This document shows positions 10,201-19,585 of a stretch of 64,000 nucleotides of DNA, piece after piece; the first letter of the stretch is position 1, and every line of letters starts with the position of its first letter. The DNA is taken from IMG/VR virus record IMGVR_UViG_3300045919_000635, positions 3,186 to 67,185 of that record; one strand, 5' to 3'. The translations under genes and the position numbers were made by a program. The stretch is from a virus. The notes beneath the pieces are model-generated. The model searched no databases and had not been told where the DNA came from. It was given only the letters and a program-made list of their open reading frames with translations.

Positions 10201-10314
10201 ATTTGGGAAGTAAAAAGCTTTGACGGGGCATGGCTGTCATTAACACAAGGAAATAGAGTTACATCACTGCATGAATCAGAGGTTGAGCCAACAGCAGTAG
10301 AAGTAGCTGCTTGA
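7246..10314 (+). CDS. Fused C5-cytosine MTase + phage Dam-like N6-adenine MTase + coiled-coil region
   Basis: C5 motifs LFSGGGG (I), SPVCSNFS (IV), ENV (VI), QARER (VIII), R.LS..EAA.LQGFP (IX). Then Dam-like WYTP, DLDPCA, NPPYS, GRIKF. Then a long heptad region. Confidence 0.88.
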   Translation: MLNKKPTLPPNAPIAVILFSGGGGIETGMVEAGIRPFIAVECDPEKPKLSSAIADNHDRNFSEYGCRLIRQTVQEVAAAGFPGFPHAPDYLHASPVCSNFSNAKSDRIESTCDIDCAIAVGDAIKHLQPKNFTLENVPAYKKSESFQIILGALEAEYYEVDWDIVNLADYGLPQARERLILRASKVRASKGVPIPLPPKTAHVGWFEAIAHLIPTMTASQLLPDQQKALSKFLETNEPTPLLINRVGARRKQSRCKPGHLPCDTIMRSHFTDGKGSNRNKFADIWLPDGTNVRSLSIEAAAILQGFPDWYEFPADTATAGSIIGYSVPPSFGRQLFQSAENQLPIDNPQLTTTKSKESKETDKWYTPPNIQDLIIQTLGEIDLDPCADDGHHIKARSHYTVTDDGLNREWEGRVFMNPPYSCPGVWMTKLQAEIEAGRVSEAIALVPASTDTTWLSPVLATQPVCFWKGRIKFLDTDYQPKLSARQSHVLVYWGTRSQQFKEVFQEHGIVMYANTDRWDAADFGEVARKADGDQMTIFYDNSAEPPAPDDFATIADYERAWSEWESANEESINNYQLPEKAEEKIMATFQFSTTQQITEQIAQLQAQLNQLTDTLKPYQEYEESAEELRLQVAEYGSKMSKAGIPQSEVLKWAKALYASVSGMEFIESNNSVVAAQNEVIAQLKNDLAIAKCAVGIANSERDKATLLLETAIPIAQERAEEIRDERLKLMADLTSAIAERDEAIAVKMNESIRAVEKIMKLEDENAELKSLSQQTDASTIEVLQKENASLITKIEKLELAELKTQSVIGTEELDANDLELTDDAPIPQQDHNFQLSDTFGLPSDDHVEVTNVEQGLVVGIHGNAIAPDKDKHPDIKSQGRADKFLASVRSKGRVNSVVWQDISEACQGDRDTLKEIHLQATTKYQKDLIEKLPTLMADHITETGDITDMQWVGNHFKSKVEALLEVKKSLPYHSKDSVRCVETGEIWEVKSFDGAWLSLTQGNRVTSLHESEVEPTAVEVAA

Positions 10315-10352
10315 TTGACATCCTCCCTTAGTTAGAAGCGCAGTCCGTATGC

Positions 10353-10619
10353 TTGAAGGTATTCTTTCAAAAAAAGGAATTAGTTATGCGATTACGCGGA
10401 AGGGATGCTTATATTGTGCCGAGCGCATCAACCGACGGGTTCCGGTGTGCAAGCGATCGCAACATGCAAAGCGTTATCGATAACTTGCGATCGCCAAAAA
10501 CAATCGAGCAGTTATGTGAAAAAACTGTGCTGACTACAGGCGAGGTTCGCTTGTGTTTGCGCGAGTTGGAGGAGGAGGGTAGTTTAGTTGTTGACGGCGA
10601 TCACTACTTGGTTTTATGA
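10353..10619 (+). CDS. Small winged-helix protein
   Basis: PKTIEQLCEKTVLTTGEVRLCLRELEEEG..V.DGDHY wHTH pattern. Confidence 0.55.
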   Translation: MKVFFQKKELVMRLRGRDAYIVPSASTDGFRCASDRNMQSVIDNLRSPKTIEQLCEKTVLTTGEVRLCLRELEEEGSLVVDGDHYLVL

Positions 10620-10727
10620 GTAGGGGTGTGATCGCGCTACGCCACATGCCTGCCTATCACGAATGAGCTTTTCCCAACCTGTAAAACCCATGCATGGTAA
10701 AGTGTTCGTTTCAAGGTTGAGTAATCC

Positions 10728-10850
10728 TTTGACATACTCCTCGTGCGTTCACGAGAGGAATTTAGTAAGTGTGGAAGCCCCTGAGGTACAGTTCGTAGCA
10801 ACGTTTACCGTGCTTTAGCCAGGGGAGGAAACGCCGAGGAGTATGTCAAA
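10728..10850. mobile_element. Non-autonomous IS200/IS605-derived element with 16-bp inverted ends
   Basis: tttgacatactcctcg ... cgaggagtatgtcaaa perfect inverted repeat. Internal gaagcccc...ttag..ggggag resembles an IS605 subterminal hairpin. Confidence 0.6.
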
Positions 10851-11244
10851 ACCGCACAAAAATATTTGAAGTTTTTATGGTTAATCATAAAAACCTTGCG
10901 ATCGCCCTTCAGATAAGAAAAGTAGATGCGTCAAATTGCCTCATTTTTTGGATGCAAAAAACCTACAGCCTTTTATTGCCAAGGGAAGTTTTGGGTGCGT
11001 CAAACTCTGTTGAATATATAAACAAATCTTATGTTGCCATTGATCGTGATCGCCATATTTAATTTAAGTTTAAATGCGATCGCTATGCCCAATTAAAAAT
11101 TCTTGATTGCATAGACACCATTGCATCCATGCAATGACTACCCGGCAATTACCTTTTTTTCTTTGCAGAGATAAAACGGAAGTCCAAATCGAAGTCCCGT
11201 TTATAATCGCGGAAAATTTTTCAGTCTAAAAAGTTCGCCTAAAA

Positions 11245-11574
11245 TCAACTAAAGAAATTAGGCACATAAACGATCGCATTCACAACCCATTCTTCCTCTA
11301 TAGGCATTGAAGACGCGATCGCATTCAATAATTGCTCTCTCAGTTCGGATGGTAGAATTTGAATGCGATCGCCTAAAATTCGCAACAAATCCACAGCAGA
11401 ATATTGCATTGGTGGATTTTCGATATAATTGCCAGCGACTATTGGGGTAGAGGTTACGGATGCTGTTATTACTTCGCTGTAGTCATAGTCGGGGAATGAT
11501 GAAGCAACATCCGGAGTCCCAAATAGCGATACTCTTCCCGCTGTAATGTTGTCGTCGTCGCGGTAGTTTGGCAT
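11245..11574 (-). CDS. Hypothetical protein
   Basis: 109-aa ATG-started ORF. Confidence 0.5.
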   Translation of the reverse strand: MPNYRDDDNITAGRVSLFGTPDVASSFPDYDYSEVITASVTSTPIVAGNYIENPPMQYSAVDLLRILGDRIQILPSELREQLLNAIASSMPIEEEWVVNAIVYVPNFFS

Positions 11575-11718
11575 TATAAGATAAAATTATGTTGGTGTAT
11601 GCCTAAATTATCGCAGATAGAGTATTGGTAACTCGATAGAATCGAACTCTACGAAAACAATGCCAAGCTGCACCCTGATACCTATGTTGATGCGATCGCA
11701 TCAATATGGAAAATTCAC

Positions 11719-12152
11719 TCAATAGATATTCGTGGAAAATGCATACATGTACCCATCGTTACGATGAATAAATTTACAGTACTTATGCCGAACTGGACTA
11801 ACTTTTCCAATTAATGTCCTCATCTCAAATACGCCGCTTTCGCGGACGGCTAATCTCCCAACATGAACACCTGCGAACTTTCCGGTAGGAAGAATTGCCC
11901 GTACCATGTCACCGGTCTGGAAACCGAAGAAAGTCTTGCAGCGCGTTCGATGACGAACCGGGAAACCATATTTATTGGTCGTACACATTTGACGATTCCC
12001 CCACCCCTTAGCGACAATCAGCAAGGGTATAGAGGTAACAATTTGCAAGCTTTCCACATCCCCCACGCAGGCAGCATCCAACCAATGCGCTTTAGGTAAG
12101 TTAAACCGGACGCGGTTGTATTTAGTCCTACCACCCGTCGCGGTTTCTACAC
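11719..12152 (-). pseudogene. iscB: Truncated IscB (RuvC-III and C-terminal part only)
   Basis: VETATGGRTKYNR..LPKAHWLDAACVG...HRNDGYMY is nearly identical to the C-terminus of 57729..59027. N-terminus, HNH and omega RNA are absent. Confidence 0.9.
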
Positions 12153-12455
12153 CTCGTTTTCTGGCGCTTGGTTTGGCTTGAGCATATTTGACGGGCGGTA
12201 ACACAGAACTACCATTGTTGGTAAAGCAAGGTTTTGTGGTTCATAAATTTCATGATGACTGAATTCCCATTCGTGTTCAGCTTCTCCATAATGCCCTGCG
12301 GTATAAGTTTCTTTGTAATCGTCAAGATGTAATAGATAGAAGTTAGCGATCGCCTCATCTACAGACAAAAAAGATGTCAAGACGTGGGACAAATGCAAAG
12401 ATTTTCCTTCATCAAACTCAAGTTCTGGGAGCATGTAAAATAATACTTCTTTCAT
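12147..12455 (-). CDS. Hypothetical protein abutting the IscB breakpoint
   Basis: MKEVLFYMLPEL... part of ORF 12147..12512. Confidence 0.4.
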   Translation of the reverse strand: MKEVLFYMLPELEFDEGKSLHLSHVLTSFLSVDEAIANFYLLHLDDYKETYTAGHYGEAEHEWEFSHHEIYEPQNLALPTMVVLCYRPSNMLKPNQAPENEV

Positions 12456-12703
12456 CGTCAGCCGGAGGTGAAAAAGTTGGAACAAGCGTAGCAATTGATA
12501 GTGCAATAGCAATACTTGATTGTATCTTCAGCTTGATTTTTGGCATAATACCATTACTAGTTTTCTTGCATAGAGATGCGGTTCGTTTTCCAGGCAAGCC
12601 GCTTTCTCTACTGCTATTAACTATAAATGCTTGCCTTATGCTTGTCAAGTAACTACTTTGCACTTATAGTAAGTTATGAAAAGTAAATTAAACATAGCAA
12701 AGC

Positions 12704-12940
12704 ATGAAAGTTAGGAAAATTGAACGCAAAGAGGTTGAAGTACCAGACCTCTCTAAACGAATTGCTCAGGCTCACAAAAAAACTGGCAAACCTGTTTCAG
12801 AGGTATGTAAAGCTGTTGGTTTTAGTCGAGCCTACTGGTATCAAGTTGTGAATGGACGCGAAGACGCGATCGCCGAAGATACGCTTCGCAAAATAGAAAA
12901 GATACTAGACGTTAGTTTTGGAGTGAATTTTAATGATTAA
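12704..12940 (+). CDS. Cro/XRE-family HTH regulator
   Basis: VSEVCKAVGFSRAYWYQVVNG HTH, TLRKIEKIL. Confidence 0.85.
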   Translation: MKVRKIERKEVEVPDLSKRIAQAHKKTGKPVSEVCKAVGFSRAYWYQVVNGREDAIAEDTLRKIEKILDVSFGVNFND

Positions 12941-13059
12941 TTTACCATTGTTTTAGCATGGTCACGCCCAAGCGATCGCACTACCACCTTCTCACTCATT
13001 AGTTGCGATCGCTCTTAAAATTAGCTAACAATTAAAAAGTCTAATTACGCTGAATTACC

Positions 13060-13614
13060 TTGACTAACTTTTGGAGAAGATGGAAGCAACCTTGGTCGCG
13101 ATCGCAAGCAGCTAGGCGGTACATTGAAGCGGACGATAATATTACCATAAAAGCGCTCTCAGTGGACAGCGGGTTAGCAGAGCGTACCCTTGAACGATGG
13201 GCAGAGAAAGAGGGTTGGCTTGAGCAACGGCGGACGTTTGGCGGAAGTTTGGCGGAGACAACCCAAGCCAAAATTATTGAAAAAACCTCTGAAGTACTAA
13301 GCAACGAATTTTCTAATATTGCGATCGCTAACTACAATGCACATCGGTTAGTCCGCGATTATGCGATCGCTGTATTTCAAGTTAAAGCAGCGGATATGCA
13401 GAATATTTTACAATCAAATGCAGGCGATCGCATGGCTATGTTAAAGGCTAACCATAGCCCACATGAGATGAATTATTGGTCACAAATCCTCATGAGAGCG
13501 ACGCAAGGCATCGAAAACGCTACGGGACTGCCATATTACATAAACATCAATACAGCCGCCCAGAAACTAAATTCTGCCGGGTATGTTGTAATGGAAGCAA
13601 CAGAGGAGGTCTAA
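13060..13614 (+). CDS. Putative terminase small subunit
   Basis: N-terminal HTH (YIEADDNITIKALS...RTLERWAEKEGW..QR) just upstream of terL. Confidence 0.65.
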   Translation: MTNFWRRWKQPWSRSQAARRYIEADDNITIKALSVDSGLAERTLERWAEKEGWLEQRRTFGGSLAETTQAKIIEKTSEVLSNEFSNIAIANYNAHRLVRDYAIAVFQVKAADMQNILQSNAGDRMAMLKANHSPHEMNYWSQILMRATQGIENATGLPYYININTAAQKLNSAGYVVMEATEEV

Positions 13615-13615
13615 G

Positions 13616-14134
13616 GTGACAAATCAAGAACTGGAAGAATGGTTTGTATTTGACATGGTTTCCGAGCATGTCGATCCACGTTTTTTGCATTGGCTGGCAC
13701 AACATGGAATTACTGCAAAGGTAAACGCAGCCGGACTCAGGGGATTAATTGCTAATGCACACTCAGCGCTACCCGCATATCTAGTCGATAAGCCAGATGA
13801 TCAAGCGATTACAGTCATGATCCCTTTTTCGTTAAAAATAGGGTCAAGCGAGCTTTTTCCTAATTTTGGAGAATGTCTAGATTCTCACGATTCAATTAAC
13901 GGAAAGCCAAAAAGGTTTAAGTCCAATCCCCTTGACTTTAATTATGGTAGACCAACACGGAAAATATTAATAGAATATTTGGTAAATACACTTGCGATCG
14001 CGGTTGAGTCTATGGAGCGAATTGAGGAGTGCGATCGCATTGGATTAAGAGAAGAATTCTCAGAACAAATCAAATTAATTTCATCACACATAAAAGAATT
14101 GGAATTAGTTCTGAGAAACGAAAATGTAGAGTGA
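13616..14134 (+). CDS. Hypothetical protein
   Basis: 172-aa ORF tightly packed between terS and terL. Confidence 0.6.
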   Translation: MTNQELEEWFVFDMVSEHVDPRFLHWLAQHGITAKVNAAGLRGLIANAHSALPAYLVDKPDDQAITVMIPFSLKIGSSELFPNFGECLDSHDSINGKPKRFKSNPLDFNYGRPTRKILIEYLVNTLAIAVESMERIEECDRIGLREEFSEQIKLISSHIKELELVLRNENVE

Positions 14135-17100
14135 ATGTTGAATTTTGCACTTCCTCATAAAAACATTGCCCCACTACCCGGCATTGCTAGTCCTAAACTC
14201 GCTGCTAAAATTCGTAACGCAGTGCGATCGCAGCAAATCAACCAAGATTGGCGGAATTGGGAAACTTGGAATAGCGCGATCGCATCTTCATCTAGCACTC
14301 AAAACCTTGCTTGGAACTCTTTTGAGCAGTATCGCTTATTAATAAATAATCATAAAACATTTGACCACATGCGAGTGTGGGAAGCTGCCCTAAATACTGG
14401 GGAAGAATCCCGTTATTTGTGGGATATAGCGGGTAAAGATACACTGATACTGGCTCCCCGTGAAAGTGCCAAAGCACAGCCTTTAACTGAGCTAGTTCTA
14501 ACGCCTGATGGTTGGCGATGCATGGGCGAATTAAAGGTGGGTGATGAGGTTATCGCAGGTGATGGAACATTTACCCGAATTACGAAGATAACGCCCCAAG
14601 GAATAAAACCTAGCTACCGAGTAAGCTTTACAGATGGTGCCAGTACTGAATGTTCTGACGATCACTTGTGGGCAGTTAGAAACCTGGCAGGTTCCAACCC
14701 TGGTGAGTTTAAAACAATATCTCTTAATCAAATCAGAACTAAAGTTTTTGTTAGTGCCAAGACTTTAACAACTAAGTCAGTTCGCATTACCGAGATTACT
14801 TATAGGGACGCGACTCCCGAAGAAAAACCGTGGCTTGATTATCGCGGTTATTCTAAATTTTTCATTCCTATTGTTCAGCCAATTCAGTTTTATAGTAAAA
14901 GTTTAGGTATACACCCTTATTTAATGGGTGTATTAATTGGTGATGGGAGTTTGAAAGGGCAATGTATCCCAGCTTTTTCGACGGGCGATCAAGAGATAAT
15001 CCAACTTGTTGAGCAGTGCTTACCAATTGGGTACAGTGTTAAACAAAAAGGCAGCGGGAACAATTATTCTATTACCAAAACAGTTGTAAAGGGGCATCCT
15101 CTTGAAAATATTTTAACCTCGCAGTTGAGGAAAGTAGGATTATTTGAGCGTGGTTCCGTAGATAAATTCATTCCCAAAGATTATTTATTTAGCTCAGTTA
15201 GCGATCGCATAGCATTACTGCAAGGACTAATGGACACAGATGGCACTGTAGCTACAAATAGTAAAGGCGGTGGTAATATAAGTTATTGCACAATCTCTAC
15301 ACAATTAGTTGAGGACGTTGTTGATTTAGTGCGATCGCTTGGTGGTATAGCAACAGTTCAAAAACCCCAACGTAATTGGTATACACATAATGGAGAAAAA
15401 AGACAAGGGCAAGTTAGCTATAAAATTGGCATTAAGTTACCAGAAAATATTCAACCATTTCGCTTAAAAAGAAAGGCTTTATTATATACACCATGCACTC
15501 AGTATAAACCTACAAGAGGAATAACTAATATTGAATATGTGGGCGACACTGAAATGCAATGCATTACTGTTGCTCACCCATCTGGTTTATATATCACCAA
15601 AAATTATATTGTTACTCACAATTCAACTTATTTGGCGCAGTGGGTAAGTTACCAATTTGGGATGCACACCTCACCCTGGCGGCGACTTGCTCTTAAGTGT
15701 TTGGGAGTAAGTTACAACATTGACACGGCGATGCCCCGTAGTCGCCAAATCCAATCAATTATGGAGAGTTCTAAATATCAAGAAATCTTTCCTTGGGTGC
15801 GCCCTTCAAAAAAGAAGTGGGGGGAAAAGGAATGGATGATTGATTTGGAGTGGGCAGGATTGGCAACTACTGAGGAGCAATACTCTTACGTATGTGCTGG
15901 ATTAACTGGTGCTATCAACTCTCGCCGATGCCTTCTTGGTAACACCAAAATTGAAACAAGATGGAACGGCAAGATTCCCATAGCAAGTATTCGAGTGGGG
16001 ATGGAAGTGCTAACTTTCAATGATGCTCGATTTGAAATGGAGTGGAAATTAGTTAAAGCGATCGCATCCCAGCCTGCCACAGAAATTTTACATATTGAAA
16101 CAATCTACGGCTGCACTCTTTCTTGCACTTTCGACCATTTAATCAAAAGCACCCAAGGATATATTGAGGCAGAAAATTTAAAACTTGGCGATCGCTTAGT
16201 CGGATATTACCGCGAAAATGACTATAGCGATTTTCCGTTTACTAGCGTTATTGACACTGTTAAATTAATCACTTCATCTAGAAGAAATTGCCTAGTCTAC
16301 GATATCGAAGTTGAGGACAATCACAACTTTTTCGCTAATAATATTCTTTGCCACAATTGTCACCTAGTGCTACTCGATGATCTAATAAAGTCTCCCGAAG
16401 CTATTCGCGCTCAATCAGTACGCGGGGCAATGGTTTCAAACTGGGAAAACGTCATCCAGTTTACCCGTTACGACGGCTCACGCGCTGTGTGTTTAGGCAC
16501 TCGTATGACCGCTGACGATATATACTGCACCACCTTTCTCAAAGAAAAGGGGTGGAATGTAATTGAGCAGTCAGCACTACTAGAACACCCAGACGGTACT
16601 GAATACAGTTTTTGGGAACCAGAAGACGATAAAGCCCCCGGTATCCCTTTGCGACGGCTGCAAGAGGAGCGGGAAACAACGCCTATCGCATTCGCATTCC
16701 AACGTCAAAATAAAATTGTTCGGGTAAAAGAGCAGTCGTTATCTCCCGATTTAATTGTGCGGGGTATTCTGCCAACACAGTTTTCGCATTTGGTACTTGG
16801 CGTCGATTTATCAGCTGGCTTGAAAGAATCCAACGACTACACAGCTTTTGTATTGGGAGGGGTTCTCATTGAAGGCGAGGTTTTCTCCTATTGGATTATT
16901 GACGCTTGGGAAGATCGGATTATGGGGAACACGCCAAAATTAGACGCGATGATTGAAGTTTGGGATTCCTGGAAACATTTACTACCTCAAACTAGACGCT
17001 ACAACCCAGCATCTGGGGATTGGGACTTATCTCCAGTTCTGGGCTTGGAATTGTGGTTTGATTCGAGCGCTTATGGTTTATCGCTTCAAGGCGACTACGA

Positions 17101-17395
17101 GGATCACATTATCAAGCGAAACCACATCCTTGACTGGCATGTAAAGCCAGTACCAGCATCAGGCAGGGGTGGAAAATTGGAAAGGTTGCGGAGACACACC
17201 GGATTGTTCCACAACCGTCTGATAAAATTTAACATGTATGGGCGGACAATGGCTGATGGTCGCAAACCACTGGGGAGGCTAATTCAGCAGATTACTGAAT
17301 TTGGGTCAACCAGCCACGACGACCTCTGCGATGCCTTCGAGTTGTGCGTTAGTGGGATGCGATCGCACTTACCATTAACCAAGGGGAATTACTAG
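14135..17395 (+). CDS. terL: Terminase large subunit with two inteins (560 aa after splicing)
   Basis: Walker A APRESAK|ST, Walker B LVLLDD, coupling motif LGTR, nuclease GVDLSA..S.DYTA and HDDLCDA. Confidence 0.93.
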   Translation: MLNFALPHKNIAPLPGIASPKLAAKIRNAVRSQQINQDWRNWETWNSAIASSSSTQNLAWNSFEQYRLLINNHKTFDHMRVWEAALNTGEESRYLWDIAGKDTLILAPRESAKAQPLTELVLTPDGWRCMGELKVGDEVIAGDGTFTRITKITPQGIKPSYRVSFTDGASTECSDDHLWAVRNLAGSNPGEFKTISLNQIRTKVFVSAKTLTTKSVRITEITYRDATPEEKPWLDYRGYSKFFIPIVQPIQFYSKSLGIHPYLMGVLIGDGSLKGQCIPAFSTGDQEIIQLVEQCLPIGYSVKQKGSGNNYSITKTVVKGHPLENILTSQLRKVGLFERGSVDKFIPKDYLFSSVSDRIALLQGLMDTDGTVATNSKGGGNISYCTISTQLVEDVVDLVRSLGGIATVQKPQRNWYTHNGEKRQGQVSYKIGIKLPENIQPFRLKRKALLYTPCTQYKPTRGITNIEYVGDTEMQCITVAHPSGLYITKNYIVTHNSTYLAQWVSYQFGMHTSPWRRLALKCLGVSYNIDTAMPRSRQIQSIMESSKYQEIFPWVRPSKKKWGEKEWMIDLEWAGLATTEEQYSYVCAGLTGAINSRRCLLGNTKIETRWNGKIPIASIRVGMEVLTFNDARFEMEWKLVKAIASQPATEILHIETIYGCTLSCTFDHLIKSTQGYIEAENLKLGDRLVGYYRENDYSDFPFTSVIDTVKLITSSRRNCLVYDIEVEDNHNFFANNILCHNCHLVLLDDLIKSPEAIRAQSVRGAMVSNWENVIQFTRYDGSRAVCLGTRMTADDIYCTTFLKEKGWNVIEQSALLEHPDGTEYSFWEPEDDKAPGIPLRRLQEERETTPIAFAFQRQNKIVRVKEQSLSPDLIVRGILPTQFSHLVLGVDLSAGLKESNDYTAFVLGGVLIEGEVFSYWIIDAWEDRIMGNTPKLDAMIEVWDSWKHLLPQTRRYNPASGDWDLSPVLGLELWFDSSAYGLSLQGDYEDHIIKRNHILDWHVKPVPASGRGGKLERLRRHTGLFHNRLIKFNMYGRTMADGRKPLGRLIQQITEFGSTSHDDLCDAFELCVSGMRSHLPLTKGNY
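14474..15622 (+). mobile_element. Class 3 intein (Ala1, WCT motif) with LAGLIDADG homing endonuclease, 383 aa
   Basis: Starts AQPL. Block B DHLW, block F MQCITV, block G VTHN|S. LAGLIDADG motifs LMGVLIGDG and LLQGLMDTDG. Confidence 0.9.
15929..16357 (+). mobile_element. Class 1 mini-intein, 143 aa
   Basis: CLLGNTKI... start, TFDH block B, VYDIEVEDNHNFFANNILCHN|C end. No endonuclease domain. Confidence 0.92.
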
Positions 17396-17398
17396 TTT

Positions 17399-17611
17399 AT
17401 GAAGAATGAAATTGTTGAAAATTATTTAGCAGAATCTGGCTGGGCTGTTTTTAACGATAATCAACCCGTGCGATGCAAATACGGGAAACGAGCGATTAAT
17501 AGTGAAACTGGAGAAGAAGTCCCAATTATTCGGAGATTTAATCCCAAACTTGATCAATCGAAAATCACTATTCACGCAGAATCCGAAGTAATTGTAGATA
17601 GGGAAGCTTGA
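17399..17611 (+). CDS. Hypothetical protein (cassette 1 after terL)
   Basis: 70-aa ORF 3 nt after the terL stop. Confidence 0.55.
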   Translation: MKNEIVENYLAESGWAVFNDNQPVRCKYGKRAINSETGEEVPIIRRFNPKLDQSKITIHAESEVIVDREA

Positions 17612-17700
17612 TACGCACTTTCTCCGACGCTATTCACCAAACAGTGGACAGAGCTAGACAGATCGCACCTACCGTTAACAAAAGGAAATTATTAAATTTT

Positions 17701-18156
17701 ATGACAAATCAAGAGTCGAAAAGTGAAGAAGTTATTGAAGTAATTCACGATGCCGTTGAATTTCTTTACGAACAACTGGTTAAGTTATTAATGGATTGCA
17801 AAGTTAAACCCGGCACACTTACAAAATATACGTTGGGGATGAAAATTATAAATGAGTGCTGGTGGACTGAAGAATCTATATTACGCGAGGATATTAATCA
17901 ACCAATCAAGCGTGACTTCACTAATGCCACCTCGATTCCTGCATCTGACGTAGATGGAAGTTCTAGCCGAACTGATTCAGCATTATTAGCTAAATTAATA
18001 GAAGAAAGAAATCAACGTAAAAAGGCAGATATTGATAATGTAATTTCTTACATGGTTGATACAGCACTATTAACCAAATCATTAGAAGAAAAAACTCATC
18101 GTATCGCATACCTTGAAAAGCTTATTGTCGAATCCGGGATAATTGTAGATCAATAA
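17701..18156 (+). CDS. Hypothetical coiled-coil protein, paralog A
   Basis: MTNQESKSEEVIEVIH...LEEKTHRIAYLEKL, paralogous to the next gene. Confidence 0.75.
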   Translation: MTNQESKSEEVIEVIHDAVEFLYEQLVKLLMDCKVKPGTLTKYTLGMKIINECWWTEESILREDINQPIKRDFTNATSIPASDVDGSSSRTDSALLAKLIEERNQRKKADIDNVISYMVDTALLTKSLEEKTHRIAYLEKLIVESGIIVDQ

Positions 18157-18221
18157 GATCAAGTGGAGTGCGATCGCACTTACAATCGACCAAAGGAAAC
18201 TATTAGTTTTTGCCTAAATTT

Positions 18222-18623
18222 ATGACAAACCAAGAATCAAAAAGCGAAGAAATTATTCAAGTAATTCATGGTGTCGTTGAATCTCTTTATCAACAGATTA
18301 AACTATTGGTAGATGCTAAAGCTAAACCCAGTACACTCAGAAATTACATTTCAGGGATAGAGATTATAAACCAGTGCTGGTTTGATGAGTCTATACGAAG
18401 TGAAAGTCCTAGTCGATTTATTGATTCTCCTACTATTGGTGCTGCTGCTGGCGCTTATCGTTCAATGGGTTTAAGTGGAAGTTTCAGTCAAAACGCAAAT
18501 ATTGATAACGAGATTTTTGCTGCTTTAGAATCAACAACTAAGATGCTAGAAGAAAGAAATCATCGTATAGCGTACCTCGAAAAGCTTGTTGCCGATGCCG
18601 GAATAGCAGATCAACAAACTTGA
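18222..18623 (+). CDS. Hypothetical coiled-coil protein, paralog B
   Basis: MTNQESKSEEIIQVIH...LEERNHRIAYLEKL. Confidence 0.75.
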   Translation: MTNQESKSEEIIQVIHGVVESLYQQIKLLVDAKAKPSTLRNYISGIEIINQCWFDESIRSESPSRFIDSPTIGAAAGAYRSMGLSGSFSQNANIDNEIFAALESTTKMLEERNHRIAYLEKLVADAGIADQQT

Positions 18624-18672
18624 TAGCGCGATACTCATAATTGAGTCACTTCGTGAACGCACTAAATAAAAC

Positions 18673-19407
18673 ATGGGAACTAGAGAAACCGCTTATTTAA
18701 AGTATCTGTCCGGTGACAATACCAGCCTCACCGAAAATCAAATCAACCCCGCCGACATTCCACAATTCCAAAGGATGGCAGCGATCGCCACACAACAGGA
18801 CGGTAATTTAAATTACGCTGATTACCCCGAAGGTGAGGATAATACCCAGTTCCGGCAAACCGTAGGGCGAACTGGGGCAGGGGGAGTAAGTCGGGATGGC
18901 AATACATACATAATCAAAGACCACTACGACTTTAACTCAAAAACCGCTTCACCGGTAGATAGATTGAAGGCGATCGCATCCTCTATCGGCAGCGGCAATC
19001 CTCTGGCTGCATTGTCGCATAGCTCAACTTTTGTTGGTAACGAATTTGACACAAATGCTAGAGTTCCCGTCCCTCTCAATCAACGCGAAAAAGCCCCGGC
19101 ATACAACCCAGAAAATACGGTAATTGGAGGACAGCAGTATCGGTGGGAGGCTTCCCTTGCTCAACCTGGGGAAGGGTATGAAGATGTAGCAAAGACGGCT
19201 TTTGCTGGCAATAAATACGCACCAGACGGCAGCAACCTTGCTCGATATACCCAGATGATTATCAAGCAAAATCAGGGCAATAGCTCTAATATTATTTATA
19301 AGCCGGTAGCCGTAAATCAAGAGCAGCCCAACCAATTGGCAAGTTTATTTGGGAACGTAGCCAGTGGAGTATCAAGCGGAATATCAAGTTTATTTGGACA
19401 GAGTTGA
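18673..19407 (+). CDS. Putative virion protein with possible LysM-like segment
   Basis: 244 aa. AQPGEGYEDVAK resembles a LysM start. G/S-rich amphipathic tail. Confidence 0.45.
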   Translation: MGTRETAYLKYLSGDNTSLTENQINPADIPQFQRMAAIATQQDGNLNYADYPEGEDNTQFRQTVGRTGAGGVSRDGNTYIIKDHYDFNSKTASPVDRLKAIASSIGSGNPLAALSHSSTFVGNEFDTNARVPVPLNQREKAPAYNPENTVIGGQQYRWEASLAQPGEGYEDVAKTAFAGNKYAPDGSNLARYTQMIIKQNQGNSSNIIYKPVAVNQEQPNQLASLFGNVASGVSSGISSLFGQS

Positions 19408-19585
19408 TAGTGCGATCGCATAAACATTATGAATTACCAGCAAGGATACAGAGATGCTATCAACAACCGCCCCCCCGTTTAGATGCATCCTCAGATTATA
19501 ATAAAGGTTACGAACGAGGTAGGAAAAGTCTTTATGGCTACTAAACGCCACCGCGCTAATCAATATCTATATTTGTTAAATCAAT

